Below are positions 56,984 to 64,000 of a stretch of 64,000 nucleotides of DNA, piece by piece. Below the pieces are notes generated by a model. It was not told the DNA's origin. It worked only from the letters and a program-made list of their open reading frames with translations, and made no database searches. The stretch lies in assembly GCA_963734545.1 (NCBI GenBank), contig CAVTHO010000009.1, positions 244,151-308,150 of the forward strand. Direction: 5' to 3'. Numbering within the stretch: position 1 is the stretch's first letter; every line of letters starts with the position of its first letter. Both the position numbers and the translations under genes were made by a program. This DNA comes from an uncultured Spirochaetota bacterium. GTDB taxonomy: Bacteria > Spirochaetota > Spirochaetia > SZUA-6 > Fen-1364.

Positions 56984-59807
56984 AGACCTTCACCCTGACC
57001 ATAGACGGAAAGCGCTACGAGGTGGAAGGAGAGGGAAAGAACCTCCTCGCCGTGAGCCTCTCCCTCGGCCTGAACCTCCCCTACTTCTGCTGGCATCCCG
57101 CCCTCCACTCGGTGGGCGCCTGCCGCCAGTGCGCCGTGAAGCTGTTCAAGGACGCCTCCGACACCCGGGGCAGGATCGTGATGTCCTGCATGACACCGGT
57201 GGTGGACGGGATGCTCGTTTCCATCGAGGACCCGGAGGCCCGGGCGTTCCGCGGCAGCGTCACCGAGTGGCTCATGGTCAATCACCCGCACGACTGCCCC
57301 ATCTGCGACGAGGGGGGCGAGTGTCACCTGCAGGACATGACGGTGATGACGGGCCACAACTATCGCGGCTACCGATTCACCAAGCGGACATATCACAACC
57401 AGGACCTCGGGCCTTTCCTGAACCACGAAATGAACCGCTGCATCCAGTGCTACCGCTGCATCAGGTTCTACCGCGACTACGCGGGCGGAAAAGACCTGGA
57501 GGTGCTGGGCGCTCACGACAATGTCTACTTCGGCCGTCACACGGACGGGACCCTGGAAAACGAGTTCAGCGGGAATCTCGTGGAGGTCTGCCCCACCGGC
57601 GTGTTCACGGACAAGACCCTGAAAAATCACTACACGCGCAAGTGGGACCTCCAGACCGCGCCCTCCATCTGCACGCACTGCGCAGTCGGCTGCAACATCA
57701 TCCCCGGTGAGCGCTACGGCACCATTCGGAGGGTGCGCACGCGCTACAACGGAGAGGTGAACGGCTACTTCCTGTGCGACAGGGGCCGGTACGGGTACGA
57801 GTTCGTGAACAGCCCGCGAAGAATCCGGCAGGCCCTGGCTGCAAAGGACGGCGTGCTCGCCCCGGTGAGCGCGGAGAACGCCCTCACCCTGGCGCGCGAA
57901 TCACTCGGCGCCGGCAAGGCCATTGGCATTGGCTCTCCCCGCGCTTCGCTGGAAACAAACTACGCCCTTCGGAGGCTGGTGGGCGCTGAGAACTTCTACA
58001 TGGGCGTTTCCGAATCCCGGCTGGGCCTGCACCAGCTCATGCTGAAGGTCCTCCGGGACGGCCCGGCACCAGGCGCATCGGTGAAGCAGGCAGGCGCGTC
58101 GGACGCGGTCCTCGTCCTTGGTGAGGATGTCTGGAACACGGCTCCCATTCTGGCGCTGAACCTCCGCCAGGCCTCGACGAATGTCCCGGCTGCGGCAGCT
58201 ATCAAGAGGCAGAAGCTGAACCGCTGGGATGACACTGCGGTCCGGGAAGCCATCCGGCACGAAAAGGGCCCCTTCTTCGTGGCGGGCGTTGAGGAAACCC
58301 GGCTGGACGATGTGGCAAAGACCGCCTGGCACGCAGCGCCCGCGGACCTCGCGCGTCTCGGGTTTGCGGTGGCCCATGAGATCGACCCCAAGGCGCCCGC
58401 GGTCCCCGGCCTTGCGCCGGACGTCCAGGAGCTCGCGGCAGCCATCGCGCGGGCGCTGCTGGGCGCCGAGCGCCCGCTCGTGGTGAGCGGGGCGGGCCTG
58501 GGCAGCGCGGAGGTCATCCAGGCAGCGGCGAACGTCGCGCGCGCGCTGAAGACGGCGGGCAGGGACGCCCGCATCAGTCTCGTGTTCCCCGAAGCGAACA
58601 GCTTCGGCGCTGCCATGCTCGAAGCGCGCGGCGGAATCGAATCAGCGGCGCGGGCGCTCGGCGCCCGCAAAGGGGCGCAAGGCGCAGAGAAAGGGGCGCG
58701 AGGCGCGGAGAAAGCGGCGCGGGGCGCCGAGAAAGGGGCGCTCGTGATCGCGGAGGCTGACCTCTTCCGCGAGGCGGACCAGAAAACAGTGCGCGACATG
58801 CTCGCGTCAGCCTCACGCGTCATCGCCATCGACCATTCGACGAATGCCACCACCGAGGCAGCGCAGATCGTGCTGCCGGCCGCGACGTACGCGGAGTCTT
58901 CGGGCACGCTCGTTTCCAGCGAAGGCCGGGCCCAGCGCTTCTTCTCCGTCATGCCGCCAATCGGCGACGTGCGGGAAAGCTGGCACTGGCTTGGAGATCT
59001 GGCGGCCGGCGCGGCCGGCGCCGCGTCGGCGCGGGCGCAGGCTCCGGCGCAGGCGCGGGCAGCGCTGCGGGCAACGGCGCCTGGCAGAACCTCGATGCGA
59101 TCATCAATGCCATGACAGCGGAGCTTCCCGAGCTGCGCGGAGTCCGCGAGGCTGCGCCGAATGCCGCGTTCCGTGTCAACGGACTGCGCGTTCCGCGCAA
59201 GTCTTTCCGGGAAAGCGGCCGCACGGCAGTGACGGCACACATAGACCTGCACGAGCCCCGGCCTGCCCAGGATCCTGATTCGCCGCTCGCCTACACCATG
59301 GAAGGACTCGGGCGGGGCGCACCCCCGGCCCTCTTTGCCAGGTTCTGGTCTCCCGGCTGGAACTCCGACCAGTCGCTCAACAAGTTCCAGTCCGAGGTGG
59401 GCGGGCAGCTTATCGGCGGTGACCCGGGGGTGCGCCTGGTGGAGGCGCCCGCGAGCGCGGCAGGGTCGTACTTTGCCGCAGCTCCCGCTGCCCCGGCCGC
59501 TCGTGACGGCCTCCTGCTGCTCGTGCCCCGTTATCACGTGTTCGGGTCAGAGGAGCTCTCCCTCCTTTCACCCGGAGTTGCCGAGCGGTCCCCGCACGCC
59601 TACATCGCGCTCTCTCCCGCCGAGGCGGAGAGCCGCGGTCTGGCGGAAGGGCAGACCGCGCGCGTCACCACAGAGGGAGGCACGGTGATGGACCTGTCAG
59701 TCGTGATCCGGCAGCTTCCGGCGGGCGTGGCCGCGGCCCCCTACGGGCGGCCCGGCCTGACAGGGACCTGGCCCGGCACGGTCCGGGTTGCAAGGGGCGG
59801 CACATGA
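56980..59807 (+). CDS. nuoG: NADH-quinone oxidoreductase subunit G; frame change(s) around 59000-59090
   Basis: ATG 56980 overlaps the nuoF TGA (ATGA). [15 protein letters not shown] (2Fe-2S), [43 protein letters not shown]. The C-terminal part is in ORF 59112..59807. The gene contains a 4x21-bp repeat. Confidence 0.85.
58660..58743 (+). repeat. in-frame tandem repeat, 4 x 21 bp, inside nuoG
   Basis: GGCGCCCGCAAAGGGGCGCAA / GGCGCAGAGAAAGGGGCGCGA / GGCGCGGAGAAAGCGGCGCGG / GGCGCCGAGAAAGGGGCGCTC, encoding [28 protein letters not shown]. Confidence 0.85.
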
Positions 59808-60760
59808 GCGCGGTCGGCCTGTCGATCCTGGTGATCCTCGGGGTCCTGGTCGGCGCCCTGCTGTTCGCCGCCGGGATGATCTGGTTCGAGCGCCGTCTCC
59901 TCGGCGTCTTCCAGGAGCGCTACGGACCCAACAGGGCGGGGCCTTTCGGCGTGCTGCAGGTGATCGCGGACATGCTGAAGATCTTCACGAAGGAGAACTG
60001 GATCCCTCCCTTCGCGGAGAAGGCCGTATTCGTGGTCGCCCCGTCCATCATCATGATCACGACGCTCGCGTCGTTCGCCGTCATCCCCATCGCGCCGGCA
60101 ATCCTCGTGTCCGACCTCGACGTGGGGCTGCTCTTCTTCCTTGCCATGTCTTCATTCGCCGTGTACAGCGTGGCGCTGGCCGGGTGGGCTTCCAACAACA
60201 AGTATTCGCTCCTGGGGAGCATCCGCGCGGTGGGCCAGATGGTGAGCTACGAGGTGTTCATGGGCCTGTCCCTCATGGGAGTGGTGCTCATGGCCGGTTC
60301 CTTCAGCCTGCAGGACATCGTGACCGCCCAGAAGGGGATGTGGTACGTGGTCCCGCAGTTCGTGGGGTTCGTCGTCTTCTTCATTGCGGGACTGGCGGAG
60401 ACGCGCCGCATCCCGTTCGATCTGCCGGAAGCGGAGAGCGAGCTGGTGGCCGGCTATCACACGGAATACTCCGGCTTCAAGTTCGCCATGTTCTATGTCG
60501 GGGAATACATCGGCATCACCCTGATCTCGATGATGATCGTGACGCTGTTCTTCGGCGGGTGGCAGGGACCGTATCTTCCTCCCCTCGTCTGGTTCCTCGT
60601 CAAGACCCTCGCCTTTGTCGCGTTTTTCATCCTGGTGCGTTCGGCGCTGCCCCGTCCGCGCTACGACCAGCTCCTTGCCTTTGGATGGAAGCTCATGCTT
60701 CCCCTCGCCCTCGTGAATCTTGCCGTGACCGGCGGCATCGTGCTTGCCGTCGGCAGATAG
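59804..60760 (+). CDS. nuoH: NADH-quinone oxidoreductase subunit H
   Basis: ERRLLGVFQERYGPNRAGPFGVLQVIADMLK, GWASNNKYSLLGSIRA, AETRRIPFDLPEAESELVAGYHTEYSG. The ATG overlaps the nuoG stop. Intact. Confidence 0.9.
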   Translation: MSAVGLSILVILGVLVGALLFAAGMIWFERRLLGVFQERYGPNRAGPFGVLQVIADMLKIFTKENWIPPFAEKAVFVVAPSIIMITTLASFAVIPIAPAILVSDLDVGLLFFLAMSSFAVYSVALAGWASNNKYSLLGSIRAVGQMVSYEVFMGLSLMGVVLMAGSFSLQDIVTAQKGMWYVVPQFVGFVVFFIAGLAETRRIPFDLPEAESELVAGYHTEYSGFKFAMFYVGEYIGITLISMMIVTLFFGGWQGPYLPPLVWFLVKTLAFVAFFILVRSALPRPRYDQLLAFGWKLMLPLALVNLAVTGGIVLAVGR

Positions 60761-60771
60761 GAGTCGTATAG

Positions 60772-61287
60772 ATGTGGAGCATCCTGAGGACGCTCTGGAT
60801 CACTTTCCGCCACTCCTTCGTGAAAAGGGTGACGGTGCTCTATCCCGAAGTGAAGCGCCTGCTGCCCCCGCGCTGGAGGGGGCGGATCGTTCTCACCCGT
60901 GACCCGGACGGTGAGGAACGCTGCGTTGCCTGCTACCTGTGCTCCGCCGTGTGCCCCGTGGCATGCATTGCGCTCCAGGCAGGCATCGACGAGAAGGGAC
61001 GGAGACGGCCTGATTTCTTCCGCATCAATTTCTCCCGCTGCATCTACTGCGGGCTCTGCGAGGAAGCCTGCCCCACGTTCGCCATCCAGCTCACGCCGGA
61101 CTACGAGATGGCGGAGTACGAGAGAAAGAACCTCGTGTACGAGAAGGAAGACCTCCTGATCTCGGGCACGGGGAAGTACCCCGGCTACAACTTCTACAAG
61201 GTGTCCGGCATGGAGATCAGCGGCAAGGCCAAGGGGGAAGCGGAGAACGAGCGGCCGCCCGTCGACGTGAGGAGTCTCCTGCCGTGA
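60772..61287 (+). CDS. nuoI: NADH-quinone oxidoreductase subunit I
   Basis: Two 4Fe-4S motifs: [12 protein letters not shown] and [12 protein letters not shown]. Intact. Confidence 0.9.
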   Translation: MWSILRTLWITFRHSFVKRVTVLYPEVKRLLPPRWRGRIVLTRDPDGEERCVACYLCSAVCPVACIALQAGIDEKGRRRPDFFRINFSRCIYCGLCEEACPTFAIQLTPDYEMAEYERKNLVYEKEDLLISGTGKYPGYNFYKVSGMEISGKAKGEAENERPPVDVRSLLP

Positions 61288-61754
61288 ACACCGTTTTCGC
61301 CCTCAGCGCACTGGTGGCGGTCATCGCCACCGTCCTCGTGATCACGCGGCGCAATGCCGTGCACGCGCTCCTGTACCTGGTGGTGTCGCTGCTGGCCGTT
61401 GCCGTGATCATGTTCCTCCTCGGCGCCGCGTTCGTCGCGGCCCTGGAGGTGATCATCTACGCGGGGGCGATCATGGTCCTGTTCGTGTTCGTGATAATGC
61501 TGATCGGTCATGAAAGCATCGCGATGAATCCCCGGGCCTGGATCGGGCCCTCCGTGCTGAGCGCGATCCTGCTCGTCGAGCTCGCATGGGTGCTGGCCCG
61601 GGGCCCGCTCACCGGAACGGCTGCCACGGAAGTCGGCCCCAAGCAGGTGGGCATCGCGCTTTTCGGTCCGTACCTGCTGGGCGCCGAGATGGCCGCGTTT
61701 CTCCTTCTTGCAGGGCTGGTCGGCGCATACCATCTCGGGCGGAGGAGGAACTAG
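61284..61754 (+). CDS. nuoJ: NADH-quinone oxidoreductase subunit J
   Basis: 156-aa hydrophobic protein with [48 protein letters not shown]. Assigned by position in the operon. Confidence 0.85.
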   Translation: MNTVFALSALVAVIATVLVITRRNAVHALLYLVVSLLAVAVIMFLLGAAFVAALEVIIYAGAIMVLFVFVIMLIGHESIAMNPRAWIGPSVLSAILLVELAWVLARGPLTGTAATEVGPKQVGIALFGPYLLGAEMAAFLLLAGLVGAYHLGRRRN

Positions 61755-62057
61755 ATGGCATCAGTCTCTCCTGAATACGCCCTCCTGCTGGCCGGCGTTC
61801 TCTTCTGCCTGGGGCTCGTCGGCGTGATCGTGCGCCGCAACCTGCTCTTCATCCTCCTGTGCGTGGAGATCATGCTGAACGCGGCGGGGCTCGCATTCGT
61901 GGCGGCCGGGGCGCGCTGGGGCCAGCCGGACGGCCAGGTGATGTTCATATTCCTGCTCACCATGGCAGCCGCGGAGGTTGCGGTGGGACTGGCGCTCCTG
62001 ATCCTGCATTTCAACCGGCGCAAGACGCTCAATGCCGACCTGATGGGGGGAGGATGA
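61755..62057 (+). CDS. nuoK: NADH-quinone oxidoreductase subunit K
   Basis: 100 aa. [23 protein letters not shown]...[14 protein letters not shown]. Confidence 0.9.
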   Translation: MASVSPEYALLLAGVLFCLGLVGVIVRRNLLFILLCVEIMLNAAGLAFVAAGARWGQPDGQVMFIFLLTMAAAEVAVGLALLILHFNRRKTLNADLMGGG

Positions 62058-62058
62058 G

Positions 62059-64000
62059 ATGCTGAGCTGGATCTGGTGCATTCCCGCCCTCCCGCTTGCC
62101 GGGTTTCTGGTCCTGGCCGTGCTCGGCGGCAGGCTCTCCCGGACCCTGACAGCGGTCATCGGTGCCGGATCCGTGGGCCTCTCCCTCGCGGCAGCCGCGG
62201 CCGCGAGCGCGCTGTTCGCCGCCTATCCGCCGGCCGGGTCCTCGTACACGCTGCTCCTCTGGCAGTGGGTCAATGTCGGAGGCTTCTCCCCGGCAATCTC
62301 CCTCACGCTGGACTCGCTCTCCGTGGTCATGATCCTCGTGGTGACGGGCGTGGGTTTCCTGATCCATCTCTACTCCACCCGGTTCATGGCCGATGAGGAA
62401 GGCTACAGCAGGTTCTTCGCCTACATGAACCTCTTTGTCGGCTCCATGCTGATCCTCGTGATGGCGGGCAACCTCCTCCTTCTCTACCTGGGTTGGGAAG
62501 GCGTGGGTCTGTGCAGCTACCTGCTCATCGGATTCTGGTACTCGGACCCGGAGAACGGGCGCTCCGCGCGCAAGGCGTTCATCGTGACGCGCATTGGCGA
62601 TGTGTCCCTTGCCATCGGGCTCTTCATCCTCGCAACGACCCTGGGGACCCTCGACGTGCGGGAAATCGCGCAGAAGGCGACATCCCTGTGGCCTGTCGGC
62701 TCGACCCTCGCGGTGGCAACCGCGGCCCTCCTCCTGGGCGGCGCGGTGGGCAAGTCGGCCCAGCTCCCCCTGCAGACCTGGCTTCCGGACGCAATGGCCG
62801 GGCCCTCGCCGGTCAGCGCCCTGATCCACGCGGCCACCATGGTCACGGCGGGCGTGTACCTGATCGCGCGCACGCATGCCCTGTTCCAGCTGGCCCCCGC
62901 CGTGCTCATGGCAGTGGCCATCATCGGCGCGGCCGGCATCCTCGTTGCGGGGCTGAGCGCAACCACGCAGCGGAACATCAAGCGCGTCCTTGCCTACTCC
63001 ACCATGAGCCAGCTCGGCTACATGTTTCTTGCCCTGGGAGTCGGCGCCTGGTCCGGGGCGATCTTTCACCTCGTGACGCACGCCTTCTTCAAGTCCCTGC
63101 TGTTTCTCGGCGCCGGCGTCGTGATCCTGGCCTCGAACCACGAGCATGACATCTTTGCCATGGGCGGCATGGCGAAGAAATCGCCCTTCACGTTCTGGAC
63201 ATTCCTGATCGGCGCTTTCACGCTCGCGGCCATTCCGCCGACAACGGCCGGCTTCTCCAGCAAGGACTTCATCCTGGCCCAGGCGTGGCAGTCGGGAGGC
63301 GCGGGCCGCGTGTTCTGGGCCCTGGGGATCGCGGGCGCGTTCGTCACCTCTGTCTACATATTCCGCCTCATCTTCGTCGTGTTCGGCGGCAAGCCCCGGG
63401 CCGCTGCCCCGGCAGCAGGGCACGGCGCGTCCGGCGCCGCCGGACACGCGGCCACGGGACACGCGGCCGGCAGGAACGGCATGCAGGCGGGCCTGGTCAT
63501 GGGAATCCCTCTTCTTCTCCTTGCGCTGCTCTGCCTGGGCGGCGGCTTTCTTGGTCTGCCCCATTACCTCGGGGGCAAGCCTTTCCTCATCGATTTCCTG
63601 CACACGACCCTGCCGGTGGAAATCGCCCCTGAGCCGTCCGTGCGCACGGAGATGATTCTCCAGGGCCTCGCGGAGGCAGCATCCCTGCTGGGAATACCGG
63701 TGGCGTGGCTCATCGTCAGGCGGCGCCTGCGCGCGTCGCCCGCGGCAGCAGCATCGATGGACAAGGCGGCGCACGTGAGGTTCCTCCAGGGCGGCTGGGG
63801 CTTCGACTGGATCTATGACCAGGTGCTCGTGAAACCCTTCATGCTGCTGGCAAAGGTCAATGCCCGGGACGTGGTGGACCGTCTCTTTGACGGCGTGGGA
63901 GGCCTGAACATGCTTCTGTCCAAGGGGTTGCGCTGGACGCAGAACGGGCGGGTACGCTGGTATGCGGCGGGTGCCGCTGCCGGTGCCGTGCTCATTGCAG
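62059..64000 (+). CDS. nuoL: NADH-quinone oxidoreductase subunit L (3' end beyond the window)
   Basis: Not in the ORF track because there is no stop in the window. I translated it by hand from ATG 62059: MLSWIWCIPALPLAGFLVL..., WEGVGLCSYLLIGFW, GKSAQLPLQTWLPDAMAGPSPVSALIHAATMVTAGVYL, AYSTMSQLGYMF, HAFFKSLLFLGAG. The frame stays open to position 64000 with no frame change. Confidence 0.85.
   Translation, partial: MLSWIWCIPALPLAGFLVLAVLGGRLSRTLTAVIGAGSVGLSLAAAAAASALFAAYPPAGSSYTLLLWQWVNVGGFSPAISLTLDSLSVVMILVVTGVGFLIHLYSTRFMADEEGYSRFFAYMNLFVGSMLILVMAGNLLLLYLGWEGVGLCSYLLIGFWYSDPENGRSARKAFIVTRIGDVSLAIGLFILATTLGTLDVREIAQKATSLWPVGSTLAVATAALLLGGAVGKSAQLPLQTWLPDAMAGPSPVSALIHAATMVTAGVYLIARTHALFQLAPAVLMAVAIIGAAGILVAGLSATTQRNIKRVLAYSTMSQLGYMFLALGVGAWSGAIFHLVTHAFFKSLLFLGAGVVILASNHEHDIFAMGGMAKKSPFTFWTFLIGAFTLAAIPPTTAGFSSKDFILAQAWQSGGAGRVFWALGIAGAFVTSVYIFRLIFVVFGGKPRAAAPAAGHGASGAAGHAATGHAAGRNGMQAGLVMGIPLLLLALLCLGGGFLGLPHYLGGKPFLIDFLHTTLPVEIAPEPSVRTEMILQGLAEAASLLGIPVAWLIVRRRLRASPAAAASMDKAAHVRFLQGGWGFDWIYDQVLVKPFMLLAKVNARDVVDRLFDGVGGLNMLLSKGLRWTQNGRVRWYAAGAAAGAVLIA

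Noticed and set aside
57996-59537. 513-aa ORF (-) antisense to nuoG; also 56584..57678(-) and 62029..63774(-), antisense to nuoF/G and nuoL
   Set aside because: Same reasoning: low-complexity Arg/Ala/Pro/Ser sequences opposite conserved complex I genes.

Overview
High-GC bacterial chromosomal segment, densely coding on both strands. I found no rRNA, tRNA, CRISPR array, transposase or prophage genes.

Gene content, left to right:
- glycogen phosphorylase and a phosphohexomutase
- an envelope trio: LysM lipoprotein, secreted protein with two NTF2-like halves, and a FecR-domain protein bracketed by a local repeat family
- a sugar ABC ATPase and binding protein with no permeases
- a radical-SAM protein and an aminotransferase
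- a sigma54 nitrogen module: NifA/NtrC-type activator, a consensus sigma54 promoter, amtB-glnK
- a DUF362 Fe-S protein, a GH43 glycosidase and a MATE exporter
- a minus-strand sugar-catabolic cluster holding one BMC-H microcompartment shell gene directly upstream of a DeoC aldolase with an encapsulation-peptide-like N-terminus, followed by an MDR dehydrogenase, TIM-barrel isomerase, FGGY kinase, SorC regulator, FucU mutarotase and decayed gene remnants
- GTP-PEPCK, murD, a VRR-NUC/GNAT fusion protein and rubrerythrin
- PPDK carrying a Lys/Ala/Pro histone-H1-like tail
- two paralogous beta-barrel outer-membrane proteins
- an ECF sigma factor coupled to a YCII-like gene
- a TetR regulator and thioesterase with palindromic operators
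- a cadherin-like lipoprotein
- qNOR with an Rrf2 regulator
- ubiE, a polyprenyl synthase, and nuoA-nuoL (nuoL runs off the 3' end)

Major caveat: by hand count, roughly 60 apparent single-base frame changes interrupt about 20 otherwise recognisable genes. Almost all are in the +1 direction and they cluster in 4-5 kb blocks. This looks like consensus error rather than biology. Affected genes are reported as single full-length features with the frame breaks noted.

The most interesting candidate is the lone BMC-H plus DeoC sugar cluster, which lacks all other canonical microcompartment components in this window.
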